Assembly: GCA_030690305.1 (NCBI GenBank)
Contig: JAUYHB010000027.1
Span: forward strand, 79,670-143,669
DNA length: 64,000 nt
Source of the DNA: a bacterium
GTDB lineage: Bacteria; Patescibacteriota; Minisyncoccia; Phycocordibacterales; JAGLPS01
Direction: 5' to 3'
Part shown: positions 39,183 to 49,074 of the stretch, in pieces
Position numbering within the stretch: position 1 is the stretch's first letter
Layout: each line of letters begins with the position of its first letter
Notes under the pieces: generated by a model
Seen by the model: only the letters and a program-made list of their open reading frames with translations
Databases searched by the model: none
What the model was told of the DNA's origin: nothing
Position numbers and translations under genes: made by a program

Positions 39183-39665
39183 TTATTTAATGGGCGCCTT
39201 CCTTCCTTCAGGCGGTGCGGGAAGAACGCGTATTAGTTTTGCTTCAATTTGAGAATTCTCATTGGGCGACCCCAACACTACGGTAAAATCATCTACCTTC
39301 AAATCGGAAGCGGATATTGTCGTATCAAAATGTCTGATTTGAGTATCGTCCCCAATCAGTATGACTTTTTCAATCTCATCGGGCCCTACCATGACAAACG
39401 TCGGGAGATTGATAGTTACTATCTTCCCCACGGCACCATGCGATTCTATAAAGCCTTCCTGAAGAGGTATTTGAAATGGCCGTGGCCCATGTTCGCCAAA
39501 AGCCCTGTAATAGTTGTCTCCGAAACGGTACGAAAAAGCAGCCTTCCGATATCCGACGAACATACCTGCCTGGAAAATCAGGAGAACTATGAGGGCCAGG
39601 CCTACTCCCACAAGCACTCCCTGAAACGTTTTGGATTGAATAAATTCTTTTAAATTTTTATACAT
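39183..39665 (-). CDS. Membrane-anchored hypothetical protein (DUF5666-like)
   Basis: IFQAGMFVGYRKA; HGAVGKI; VVLGSPNENSQIEAKLIRV. Confidence 0.65.
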   Translation of the reverse strand: MYKNLKEFIQSKTFQGVLVGVGLALIVLLIFQAGMFVGYRKAAFSYRFGDNYYRAFGEHGPRPFQIPLQEGFIESHGAVGKIVTINLPTFVMVGPDEIEKVILIGDDTQIRHFDTTISASDLKVDDFTVVLGSPNENSQIEAKLIRVLPAPPEGRKAPIK

Positions 39666-39673
39666 ACAAATGG

Positions 39674-40099
39674 TTATGAGTGGCTAAATAATGGAAATAA
39701 TCCATTTCGTGTGTTCCGTGCAAATACTTTAATTGAGACGAGTAATGCCACAATGGCCACAAGGGAAACGGTAATCCCCATGAACGGAAGAGATTCCAAA
39801 AGAGAGAGAGCAAACTCTTGCGAATGTGCGAGTACGATGTCCGTATCCGAGAACAGAAGGGAGAAATAACTGTAAAAGCTTGACTGATGCAATTGGGCAA
39901 TTAAAGACTGAATAGAAAATATAATGCCAACAGCTGAAACGGGGGTTACGACAAGGGACCAAAGAAGATACCTTTGCGCCACACGACGTTCTTCTTTTCT
40001 GATATCTAAAAGGATATTGGCCTTAAGCCTTTGAGGTACGTCCAGTTTTTCCGATTCCTTCATACCTACTATACGAAAAAGGGATGCATTTTGGTGCAC
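39674..40099 (-). CDS. Two-TM protein, probable anti-sigma factor
   Basis: Directly downstream of ECF sigma; short cytoplasmic N-terminus then TM helices. Confidence 0.55.
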   Translation of the reverse strand: MHQNASLFRIVGMKESEKLDVPQRLKANILLDIRKEERRVAQRYLLWSLVVTPVSAVGIIFSIQSLIAQLHQSSFYSYFSLLFSDTDIVLAHSQEFALSLLESLPFMGITVSLVAIVALLVSIKVFARNTRNGLFPLFSHS

Positions 40100-40127
40100 C
40101 CTTTACTCAATCTGTTTATTAGAAAAT

Positions 40128-40694
40128 CTAGACCTGTTCGGCTTCAAACAGCCTGCGTAAAGAAACAAGAGCCCTTCTATACTGGCTTTTGACCGTATGG
40201 AGAGGTTTTTGCAAAATCTTTCCCATTTCGGCAAATGTAAGATTGCCCGAATGTCTAAGCACAAGTACTTCCCTGTATTGCGGATTGAGCTGTATTAAAA
40301 GCGATTCAATGAATCTGGCATCTTCGGCTCTTGCTATCAATTCGTCAGGTAAAGGCTCCCCGTCTGCGAGAGTTTCCGCAAGCATATTTACACCTTGCTC
40401 ATTTTCAAACGATGAGAAAGAAAGTTCTTTTTTCTCGCGCAACCAGTCAATCGCCGTATTGCGGGCAATCGCAAAAAGCCAGCCTTTGAAATTGCTTCCC
40501 TGCCGGTATGTCCGTATATGCTTCCAAGCTTTTATGAAAGAATCCTGGGTGATGTCTTCCGCCGCCTGGAGGTCATGCGTCAATTTGAAAGCGAAGTTGT
40601 ATACATCCTTTAAATACCTGTCTACAAGTAAATTAAGGGCTTTTTCATCCCCTTCCAAGTAATCAACAATCAATTGTTCACTCTCTCTTTTCAT
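40128..40694 (-). CDS. ECF sigma-70 factor
   Basis: AEDITQDSFIKAW, FKGWLFAIARNTAIDWLR, region 4 HTH TVKSQYRRA. Confidence 0.93.
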   Translation of the reverse strand: MKRESEQLIVDYLEGDEKALNLLVDRYLKDVYNFAFKLTHDLQAAEDITQDSFIKAWKHIRTYRQGSNFKGWLFAIARNTAIDWLREKKELSFSSFENEQGVNMLAETLADGEPLPDELIARAEDARFIESLLIQLNPQYREVLVLRHSGNLTFAEMGKILQKPLHTVKSQYRRALVSLRRLFEAEQV

Positions 40695-40719
40695 TGAAGT
40701 CAAAATTATACCACAAAAA

Positions 40720-42039
40720 TCACTGGAGTGTATTTAGGGCCGCGCGAGTTTTTGGTCCTACAATACCCAGAGGTTCAATGTCATTCGCATTTTGGAAGGC
40801 AATAACCGAAGCGCGGGTGATGGCTCCGAAGTACCCCGTCGGTTCGTCATTAAAGTATCCTTCACGCTTAAGCAAAAGCTGAAGTTCCTGCACGTCATTT
40901 CCCCGCATCCCCTGTTCAAGAAATTTTGTAAAGACAAAAAACGGTCCGGCAACAGGACTGCTTGCCGCATCAAGCGCGGCTCGTGTTCTCGGTCCCACAA
41001 TGCCGATCGGGTCGATTCCTTTCGCATTCTGGAACGCAACAACAGACGCATGCGTAATGGGTCCGAAATACCCCGTCACACCTGCTGAGAAAAAACCGAG
41101 TTCTTTGAGTTTCTGCTGTAATACACGGACGGCCTCCCCTTCCGAACCCTGGGATAACTCTGAAGTCGCAGAAGTTGTATTTGAAACCGGAAGCGTAGGC
41201 AGAAGCCTGAATGAAGCGGCTACTGCCTTGCGGGTAAGCACATCAGCGATTCCTGTCGGTGGCAATTTATTTTCATTTTGAAATTGCCTGACAGCCTCCC
41301 GCGTAACGGAATTATAAGTCTCGGCAATCGCTCCCGCGTAATAGCCAAGAGCTTTAAGTTGTTCGTGGAGTGTGAGGATATCGGGGTCAATCATTCCTTC
41401 CTGGAGGCTTCTTGTGATTAGAACTTGTTCCTCTTCTTCGAGACCGCCCTCGTTTGAATGCATTATTACGCTTCCTCCCGACTGGCCTGAGGATGTTTTG
41501 CCTCCTGAAGCGGCGAGCAAACTTTCATAGGGGTTGATGGCAGTACGGCTCGGGTCCCATATCTCAAAGTGAAGATGTGAGATAGTCGCTTCGGCATTAC
41601 CACTATCGCCGACCCAGCCGATAAGTTGTCCTTTGGTAACGGTTGTTCTACGCTTCAAGCCCGGCGCGTATGCATTCGCTTCCCCACCCTGTCCGTCGTC
41701 GGTTCCCGGTGTGTCGTTATTAAGGTGAAGATATCGGTAAGAAAAACCTTCCGAATCGCGGATGCTAATTGAATATCCCCATGATGCTTGGGGAATTGCA
41801 ATAAAGGTAATGACACCATCGGTGGCGGCTACTACAGGCGTCATTTTATCCGCAATAATATCGATACCGAGATGTGTGCGGGTTCCGCCATCGCGCGGTT
41901 CCGAAAAATCGTCCCTAAAGTTATATTTTCCATTCACCGGAAATACGATGGTTCGAGCCCCCGCGTATACTTGGAAAGAAAAAGAAAAAAAGGCGAGAGC
42001 GATGATTCCCGCGAGGAGTTGTGATGTATAAAGTTTCAT
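40720..42039 (-). CDS. M23 peptidase with three peptidoglycan-binding domains
   Basis: HLGID, YLHLN, HLHFE; repeated LQ..LK..G(Y/F)...TGYFG.IT.ASV.AFQ. Confidence 0.9.
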   Translation of the reverse strand: MKLYTSQLLAGIIALAFFSFSFQVYAGARTIVFPVNGKYNFRDDFSEPRDGGTRTHLGIDIIADKMTPVVAATDGVITFIAIPQASWGYSISIRDSEGFSYRYLHLNNDTPGTDDGQGGEANAYAPGLKRRTTVTKGQLIGWVGDSGNAEATISHLHFEIWDPSRTAINPYESLLAASGGKTSSGQSGGSVIMHSNEGGLEEEEQVLITRSLQEGMIDPDILTLHEQLKALGYYAGAIAETYNSVTREAVRQFQNENKLPPTGIADVLTRKAVAASFRLLPTLPVSNTTSATSELSQGSEGEAVRVLQQKLKELGFFSAGVTGYFGPITHASVVAFQNAKGIDPIGIVGPRTRAALDAASSPVAGPFFVFTKFLEQGMRGNDVQELQLLLKREGYFNDEPTGYFGAITRASVIAFQNANDIEPLGIVGPKTRAALNTLQ

Positions 42040-42123
42040 TCTGTTGTTTAGTATGTAAACGTTTCGTGCGGCTGAATCTTACCCATTCTAAGTCAATGTA
42101 GACAGTTGGGCATCATGTAAGGA

Positions 42124-42768
42124 TTATGGATAATTTCTTCCATCTTCGGTTATTGGAATTTTTTCACCTAAATATTTCGGCTTCCTATTGAAGATAAGAT
42201 TGAGTGCTGCTTTCTCATTGGCAAGCACCTCACGGACATAATTACGAAAAAGCATATGTCCGACATCGGCATTTACTCCATAAGCTTTTATTCCAAGTTG
42301 ACGCGCGATAAAAACGGAGCGGGGCAAATGGAATGACTGGGTACAAACAAGAATTGAAGAGACTCCGAAAATGTCACGGGCGCGGTACATACTACTATAC
42401 GTGTCAAAGCCGGCGTGGTCGAGAAAAATGTCCTGGTCCGGAATGCCCTTGCTTATAAGATAGAGGCGAACAGGATTCACTTCATTATGGCTGTCAGTAC
42501 TGTTATCTCCGGAAACAAGAATCTTTGATACTTTTTTGGCTTCATATAGTTTGATGGCCATGTCCGCGCGGTCAATAAAAATGGAAGAAAGTGCGCCGTC
42601 AGGAAAAATTGCCGCTCCGGGAATAAGCGCTGTTTGCGCATCAGGAGCTTTGAGGGCGTCATTGTATATATATGCTTTTGCCCCTGTATAAATAACTATA
42701 TTGGTAGCAAAGACAAAAATAATTAAAAGCCCCAAACCCAATGCAATAAAAAGTAAGAGACGCTTCAT
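42124..42768 (-). CDS. sanA: SanA/ElyC (DUF218) family protein
   Basis: ILVSGDN, DHAGFDTYSSMYRA, TQSFHLPRSVFIA, REVLA. Confidence 0.88.
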   Translation of the reverse strand: MKRLLLFIALGLGLLIIFVFATNIVIYTGAKAYIYNDALKAPDAQTALIPGAAIFPDGALSSIFIDRADMAIKLYEAKKVSKILVSGDNSTDSHNEVNPVRLYLISKGIPDQDIFLDHAGFDTYSSMYRARDIFGVSSILVCTQSFHLPRSVFIARQLGIKAYGVNADVGHMLFRNYVREVLANEKAALNLIFNRKPKYLGEKIPITEDGRNYP

Positions 42769-42797
42769 CTCTCAAGTATACCCTTTCTTACCGTCAA

Positions 42798-43691
42798 CTA
42801 TTCGGTACCCGCTTGTGCGGGTATTTGACCGTAGTAATTGAAAAGCGCCTGGATACCGGCGAGGTTTTTTCCCCATTCAATGGTCCCGTGGGTAGAAAGT
42901 TCCACGGTAATCGCGGGAATGTTTATGGAAGCAAGCCACCCTTCGGCATCTCCCGTGATTTCATATACATCGAATGATTTAACAGCCGGATATCCCGATG
43001 CGCGCGAATAGGCATTCATTATGTCGAGTGTTTCGGGAAGAATCCCCGCTTCGCATTCCGACGCGTACACGGCGTTTGATTGGCTGTGCCAGAAGATGAC
43101 GGCCTTCGGATTATTTTCTAAAACGAAATCACGGATAGCCTGCGTTTCTGGCTCGGAAAACGCTTCGGTACCGGCGCTCACCGTTTTTGTCCGCCATGTG
43201 CTTGTGGGCTTCCACTTGCAATCAAAGTTTCGGTTGAGGTCTACATCATTGGCGTTGAAGCGGCCTATCCCCGTAGTATCCGCAACCTTTGGCGCATCCG
43301 CGATTACAAAACGTCCTTCTTTGCCGATTACTTTATACACTCCATCGGGGTTGGCGGACGGAATCACGGTAACGGACACATTGTCGGGAATGACATCCAG
43401 GTTTTCGTCGAGATAATCCATAAACTCATACGAAAGAATAACACTGTTCCATTCGTAACCGCCGTGTATACCTCCGACAAACAAAAGATGCGTTTCCCCT
43501 TTCCCATACGTATATGCGTCAATGTTTCGTCCTTCAACAGACTGGCCGATGACCTCGTGTACAGGCGTGACAGATTCTACTATTGGCAATTCGGGCGTCT
43601 TTTGAAGATTTAGAAACGTAAAGACCCCGATGCCAAGCACCGCAAAAACGAGAACGATTATGACAATCGGTTTCTTAAAAAGAGGCGGCAT
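42798..43691 (-). CDS. M14 zinc carboxypeptidase (MpaA-like), copy 1
   Basis: GGIHGGYE, NPDG, DLNRNF, SEPET, FWHS, ITVEL. Confidence 0.88.
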   Translation of the reverse strand: MPPLFKKPIVIIVLVFAVLGIGVFTFLNLQKTPELPIVESVTPVHEVIGQSVEGRNIDAYTYGKGETHLLFVGGIHGGYEWNSVILSYEFMDYLDENLDVIPDNVSVTVIPSANPDGVYKVIGKEGRFVIADAPKVADTTGIGRFNANDVDLNRNFDCKWKPTSTWRTKTVSAGTEAFSEPETQAIRDFVLENNPKAVIFWHSQSNAVYASECEAGILPETLDIMNAYSRASGYPAVKSFDVYEITGDAEGWLASINIPAITVELSTHGTIEWGKNLAGIQALFNYYGQIPAQAGTE

Positions 43692-43713
43692 AGTTCGACA
43701 AGCTCACCACAGG

Positions 43714-44613
43714 TTATTCGGTGTAGTATTCAAGGAGAGCCTTAATGCCCTTTTCGTTTTTAGACCATTCGGTATCCGTGTGATTGGTGAGAAGAACGCT
43801 GATTGCGGGAATATTGTTTTTGGCGAGCCAGTTTACCATGTCGCCCGTTATTTCATAGAAATCAAAATTTTGGAAAGCGGGATATCCCGAAGCGGTAGCG
43901 TATGTGTTGGTAAGCGTCTGTGTTTCCGAAGAAACGCCATTGTGACAGTTTGACGCGAACACTCCTCCGGCGGCACTATACCAGACGACAACCGCTTTCG
44001 GTTTGCTTGTTTCCACGTAATTTTTCATTGCAAGACTTTCAGGCTCTGAAAACGCACTGCTTCCGCCGCTCACGATCTTGTCTTGCCATTTGGCGGAAGT
44101 CTGCCAATCGCAGTCAAAGTTTCGGTTGAGGTCCACGTTGTTGGCATTGAAACGTCCCGCCACCGTCGCGTTTTGTGCCGTAGGAACATCGGCTTGCGTA
44201 AAGCGGCCCGCCGTGCCAACTGTTTTGTTTAATCCATCGGGGTTCAATGCGGGAATGACGGTAACTTTTACGTTCGCGGGAATCGCAGTCGGGTTTGCTT
44301 TGAGATAATCCATCAATTCATACGCGACAAGAACCGTATTCCATTCATACCCGCCGTGTATGCCTCCGACAAAAAGAAGTTCCGTATTACCTTCCCCGTA
44401 GTGATAGGCGGTAATGTCGCGGCCTTCCGCGGATTTTCCGATAACCGTTTGTTCTTTATTTACAGGCTCGGTGTCCGTCCCGCCGGTTTGTTCGTTCCCC
44501 GGTTGATTCGTATCGGTAACGGCCTCATTGGGAACAGCATAGTTTGCCCAAATAAAGTACCCTCCGACGCCCAAAAGAATAACAACTGCCAATATAATAA
44601 GTGTGTTTTTCAT
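43714..44613 (-). CDS. M14 zinc carboxypeptidase-like protein, copy 2 (altered active site)
   Basis: Same motifs as copy 1 but VWYS in place of FWHS and ISVLL in place of ITVEL. Confidence 0.85.
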   Translation of the reverse strand: MKNTLIILAVVILLGVGGYFIWANYAVPNEAVTDTNQPGNEQTGGTDTEPVNKEQTVIGKSAEGRDITAYHYGEGNTELLFVGGIHGGYEWNTVLVAYELMDYLKANPTAIPANVKVTVIPALNPDGLNKTVGTAGRFTQADVPTAQNATVAGRFNANNVDLNRNFDCDWQTSAKWQDKIVSGGSSAFSEPESLAMKNYVETSKPKAVVVWYSAAGGVFASNCHNGVSSETQTLTNTYATASGYPAFQNFDFYEITGDMVNWLAKNNIPAISVLLTNHTDTEWSKNEKGIKALLEYYTE

Positions 44614-44688
44614 ATGTTTCAGTATAACATAATGGCTTATAATAATGATTTTTAGGCATTCAGCCGTTTTTGAAACTAGAGAAAAAAG

Positions 44689-45633
44689 TTATCTGAATAT
44701 CACCGAACCGCTGTCGAATTTGAGGTCCAAAACAAGTTCGCCCCGTGAAGTGAAATGGTAGCCCGATGTATTAGTGAGAAGGTTTGCGAATTCGCTTTCC
44801 TGCGAGCCTTCGCAATACATTTTCGTTGACATCATGTCCGTAAACGAAATTTGGCCGCCGTTCGCGGAATATGTTCCGCCCATACTATTGCAATCAGTTT
44901 TAACCGAAAACTTTCCGTCCTTGGAAAAGTCCAGCGTAAACACCCCCGCTTTTTTCGGAAGTATTTCTCTTCCATCGTTGTACAGTGCTCTTATCCATGT
45001 CCAGCTTTTCATATCAAGCGTCATTCTCGATGGGTCCGCTTCTCCTTCAAAGTCCTGCACGACTTCGCCGAACTGCATTGATTGCGGGTCAAGTTTGAGC
45101 CAGATACTTTTGCCCACCGACGGCTGTGCAGTCATGGGTTCTCCGGGCACGCGGTCGGCATAGTTCACTACGATTACGTTTTTATGCGAAGGGTTTTGAC
45201 TTAATTCGGTAGTCTGCGGAGCAATGCGGTCGCCAAGAAGCAGTCCTTGCGAGCCGATATAGCCTCGTTCCGTATTGAGCGCCGCAACGACATAAAAAAA
45301 TTGCCCGCTTCCTCCCGTTTCCTGAGTAAGAAGAAACACGGCGTCCTCTCTGCCATCATCGTTAAGGTCAAGCATTACTTCGTTTCCGAAATAACGAGTG
45401 ATTATTTTTGAAGCGGAATCGGGCGAGGCGTCAATTTCGGAAAGGCCGTTTGAGAGCCTCACACGGTTGCCGTCAATGACATATTCGGCATTTTTGTAAT
45501 CCTTCCCCGCGTACGCCTGTTTTTCGTTATAAATAAAATTGTTAAAGGCAAAAAACAAGGCAACGAGGCCCGCTACGGCAAGAACGACGATGAGACCGAT
45601 GGTTCTGCCGATAAAAAATTTGTTTGGGTTCAT
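44689..45633 (-). CDS. META/HslJ domain protein
   Basis: C-terminal TDCNSMGGTY...STKMYC; N-terminal TM; GGSGQFFY..LGDRI domain. Confidence 0.8.
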   Translation of the reverse strand: MNPNKFFIGRTIGLIVVLAVAGLVALFFAFNNFIYNEKQAYAGKDYKNAEYVIDGNRVRLSNGLSEIDASPDSASKIITRYFGNEVMLDLNDDGREDAVFLLTQETGGSGQFFYVVAALNTERGYIGSQGLLLGDRIAPQTTELSQNPSHKNVIVVNYADRVPGEPMTAQPSVGKSIWLKLDPQSMQFGEVVQDFEGEADPSRMTLDMKSWTWIRALYNDGREILPKKAGVFTLDFSKDGKFSVKTDCNSMGGTYSANGGQISFTDMMSTKMYCEGSQESEFANLLTNTSGYHFTSRGELVLDLKFDSGSVIFR

Positions 45634-45653
45634 AGTTCGTATATTATAGCCTA

Positions 45654-46859
45654 TTATCTTTTCGGCAAAATATTCCAGATGGCGGGGTCCTGCCCCCCAT
45701 CCAGTTTAAAGATGGCGATGCCGCGCACCCCGAGTTTCTTCGCCAGAGCAATTTTGTCGGCAACAGAGCTCGCGTCACCCCACGTCATCATCCGGAACAC
45801 CTGATTGACATTTGTGGTGTTTGCAAACGTCAGCGCCGCTTGCGCGACATTCTGGCTGTTTTGGATAAATTGAGGTTTGGCGGTGATAGGCGTTGTTGTC
45901 GGCAGATAAGAGAAAAATATTTCCCCTTGTGCGTTTCGCGTGGGTGTAATGCCAAAGGAGTTTGCTATTGGGATTGCGTAGCCGGGATTAAAACTCCACA
46001 GCAAATCATATGCGAAACTGCCGGCATAGGCGGTAACGTTGTATTCGTAGCCGTACGTCGGCACGCCGATGACTATTTTTTTCTTGCTTATGTCTTTGGC
46101 CATAAGCGTTATGACCTTTTCAACCCATGCGGGGTCTGCCACGGGCGCGTACAGTTCCCCTTTTGCTTCCGCTTCGGCCATGAGTTTGAGGTCAATGCTC
46201 TGCTGGTCGTATGCCATAACACGCACGCGGTCGCAGTATTTGTTGATTTCTTTTAAGTCGTTCGCGTAAAGGCTTGCATCGGCAGGAGGAGTGTTGCCGA
46301 AATAGCGGTCGGCAACGGGCGTGCGGGCTTCTATGGTGCACATCACCCACTTATTGCCCATGCGCTGATATAGCCCGCGAAGAAACGTGGAGAAATAATC
46401 TCTGTCTTCCGCACGTTTGCCTTCAAAATCTATATCAATACCGTCAAAATTATTTTCCTTCACGAGCGCGGTGATGGCATCTTCAAGGGCAATACGTGAT
46501 TTCTGATTACTCAATATCTTGTGCAGAAGTTCGGAATTGCTCGTCATGATGGTCGGAATGATACGGACTTTTTGGCGTTTTGCCTCGGCGATGAAACTCA
46601 CCCAGGGCTCTTTATCAAGTGAGCCGTTATCAAGGAAAGTGCCATCGCTTTTAAGCGTATAGACGAACGGGTTTACTTCTATAAGTTGGTTGAGGTGTGG
46701 CAATACATCGGCAGTCCCTGTCGCTGTTCTCCAATACGGTATCCAACCCGAAACCTCAAACGGCGCGTAGATAGGCGCGGCAGATGCGCCGAAGGGCGCA
46801 AGCAGAAAAATAGCCAAAACAAAAAGCGAGAGGAATGATATTCTCATAAGTACTTTCAT
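45654..46859 (-). CDS. Secreted GH18 glycoside hydrolase
   Basis: FDGIDIDFE (DxxDxDxE), VMAYD, IGVPTYGY. Confidence 0.9.
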   Translation of the reverse strand: MKVLMRISFLSLFVLAIFLLAPFGASAAPIYAPFEVSGWIPYWRTATGTADVLPHLNQLIEVNPFVYTLKSDGTFLDNGSLDKEPWVSFIAEAKRQKVRIIPTIMTSNSELLHKILSNQKSRIALEDAITALVKENNFDGIDIDFEGKRAEDRDYFSTFLRGLYQRMGNKWVMCTIEARTPVADRYFGNTPPADASLYANDLKEINKYCDRVRVMAYDQQSIDLKLMAEAEAKGELYAPVADPAWVEKVITLMAKDISKKKIVIGVPTYGYEYNVTAYAGSFAYDLLWSFNPGYAIPIANSFGITPTRNAQGEIFFSYLPTTTPITAKPQFIQNSQNVAQAALTFANTTNVNQVFRMMTWGDASSVADKIALAKKLGVRGIAIFKLDGGQDPAIWNILPKR

Positions 46860-46867
46860 GCTATCTA

Positions 46868-47356
46868 TTATAACGGATAAAGGTTAGGGGTATTACTTCT
46901 TTCAGGGAGCGATTCTACTATTAAAAAGTTTTCTTGGATAGCAGTTGTTTGTGACTGAAACTTATTAAATTTGAGAACATTCACTACAGCAAAAATACAT
47001 AGAAAAAGAATCCCTATCATTAGAAAAATCGCACTCCCAATAGTCAACCAGTCAGCTATCTTACCCCAAGCCCCATTATAGTTCCTTAGTGAACGTACAT
47101 CTTCTTCTTTTCTAGAAAAATGCCAATCCGCCAAAATATACGCAATAATAATCGAGAAGATTGAAAGAAGTAGTAAACTCCACGATATGAAAAGAATCAA
47201 AATATTTGATAGACCAATATTAACGATACCGGTAACAAAAGTTATAGAAAGAACAAAAGTACCCGCTGAAAAAGTGACAAGTAACTTGTCAAACTTTTCC
47301 CTTTCTCGAATACGGGCTTTTCTAATATCTGTTATGATTTCTCCAATTGTTAGCAT
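46868..47356 (-). CDS. Three-TM hypothetical protein (AT-rich)
   Basis: FDKLLVTFSAGTFVLSITF plus two further TM segments. Confidence 0.7.
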   Translation of the reverse strand: MLTIGEIITDIRKARIREREKFDKLLVTFSAGTFVLSITFVTGIVNIGLSNILILFISWSLLLLSIFSIIIAYILADWHFSRKEEDVRSLRNYNGAWGKIADWLTIGSAIFLMIGILFLCIFAVVNVLKFNKFQSQTTAIQENFLIVESLPERSNTPNLYPL

Positions 47357-47384
47357 GCTTTAAGATATTTGGAATTTATTTTTA

Positions 47385-48170
47385 TTAATTTAGTGGCATT
47401 GTTCTGATATAGCGTGAAAGGTGGAAAGTTACAAGATGAAGGTCTTCATCATTTAAGATTACTGAGGAGTTTTTTATAAATGTCGGAAGCGCTTTTGGAT
47501 TTAGGAGCCATAAACCTTTTTTTTCTTGAGCATACTTTGAACTTGTAGAGTCAACAAACCAACCGGGAAAAACAATAACTGGTCGGACCTGAAATTCTTT
47601 TCCAGTACTTTCTTTTAAAATTTTCTTCAGCCAAATTGCTTCATCAATACTTTGAGTAATTGGGTGTTTATCAGGATAACGACTACCCACTATTACACCC
47701 TCGCCATCGAACGTAATAGATTCATTTCCACCCTTCTTGCTCCGCGCTTTAGTTTCAATGGTAAAAATTCCATGTGGAGAAACGACAACGTGGTCAATGT
47801 TAAAATTCTCTCCCAATACGTCATGGAAAACGACACAGCCTGAAACTCTGAGTTCTTCAAGGGATTGTCCCACCTCCCTCTCACCATCCCGCCCTAGTTT
47901 TATTTTTTGTATTTCAGATATATTTTTTTTAAGTCTGAAAGACAAGAAAATTATTACTATTAATCCCGCAATTAAAGTCCTTACAGGGTGAGGTTCTATT
48001 GGAAATGGAAAGTAAAAACGTATCCATTCAAAAATAATAAAGCATACACTAAATAAAATAAGAAGAGCGGGAAAAAATAATTTCTCGTATAAGGAATCCT
48101 GCAATTTTTCGTCAAGAGACTGGCCTGGAAGCCGTAATATCTGGTTTTTAAGTGGACTATTCATATTCAC
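47385..48170 (-). CDS. NERD (nuclease-related domain) membrane protein
   Basis: GRDGEREV, FHDV, NIDHVVVSPHGIFTIETK. Confidence 0.88.
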   Translation of the reverse strand: MNMNSPLKNQILRLPGQSLDEKLQDSLYEKLFFPALLILFSVCFIIFEWIRFYFPFPIEPHPVRTLIAGLIVIIFLSFRLKKNISEIQKIKLGRDGEREVGQSLEELRVSGCVVFHDVLGENFNIDHVVVSPHGIFTIETKARSKKGGNESITFDGEGVIVGSRYPDKHPITQSIDEAIWLKKILKESTGKEFQVRPVIVFPGWFVDSTSSKYAQEKKGLWLLNPKALPTFIKNSSVILNDEDLHLVTFHLSRYIRTMPLN

Positions 48171-48748
48171 AAAATCGGATATTGAGCAAATTCCGAAAGC
48201 AAATTTTTTTCGTACAAGATGCGAGAAAAGGCTTCGGCTTCATAGAGAGCGCCATTGAGAGCGTTGTGCGGATGCGGTTCTACAGGAATGCCGACATATT
48301 CCATTATTGAATCGGAATTAAGAGCGCTTCTCCCCTTTTCTATGGGCGGTGTAATACCATGTTGAACCATATGCAAATACACCATTGAATGCAAATCAAG
48401 CGAACGGTGCGCCAAAGTGAAGTCCATATGATTGCGCTCGGTCGCGGCCTTTAGAAAATCTAAGTCAAAAGAAGGGTTCTGCCCTGCAATCGTATGCACC
48501 TTGCTCTCCAATAGCCATTTAAAAAATTCTTTAACAATCTCCCCTTCCGATTTTTTCGCGGGGTCCGTGAGGCTTTCTTTACTGAAACCATTTACCTCCA
48601 ACGCCTCGTCCATAATATGCGCCCCCGCCCACATTCTGCATTCTGCGTAGAAACGCCTTTCAGGGTTATTGAAATCAACCGCGCCAATACTTAACAGCGA
48701 GTGCTTGTACGGGTGCGTTCCTGTTGCTTCTACGTCTAGGATAATCAT
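48167..48748 (-). CDS. DEDDh 3'-5' exonuclease
   Basis: ILDVEATG, NPSFDLDFL, HNALNGA. Confidence 0.88.
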   Translation of the reverse strand: MIILDVEATGTHPYKHSLLSIGAVDFNNPERRFYAECRMWAGAHIMDEALEVNGFSKESLTDPAKKSEGEIVKEFFKWLLESKVHTIAGQNPSFDLDFLKAATERNHMDFTLAHRSLDLHSMVYLHMVQHGITPPIEKGRSALNSDSIMEYVGIPVEPHPHNALNGALYEAEAFSRILYEKNLLSEFAQYPIL

Positions 48749-48790
48749 TTGTGTTATCCTAAATGATAGAACATTTCAAAGGAGGAAACC

Positions 48791-48988
48791 ATGCCCCTTA
48801 AAAAACGTCAGAAAAACATTCTAACGGCATTAAAAGAACTGGGCGGAGAAGCGTCCACCCGTGAGATCGCGGAAAAAGTGTCATTAAATGTAAACGGTGT
48901 CTCCCAGAGCCTTGGCGCTCTTGGTAAGTATGTTGTCGGACTAGGCGGTCGAGGTGGAGAAATGCGCTGGAAATTGGTAAGTGAGTGA
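48791..48988 (+). CDS. Small winged-helix DNA-binding protein
   Basis: ILTALKELGGEASTREIAEKV..NVNGVSQSL; strong SD; terminator at ~49003-49028. Confidence 0.7.
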   Translation: MPLKKRQKNILTALKELGGEASTREIAEKVSLNVNGVSQSLGALGKYVVGLGGRGGEMRWKLVSE

Positions 48989-49074
48989 TTTTTTCACAAA
49001 TTAAAGAACCTCTTCCCGAGGTTCTTTTTTATCACTAACCCCTTCACGTTAAAGTGAGGAATTGCGAATGGCCT

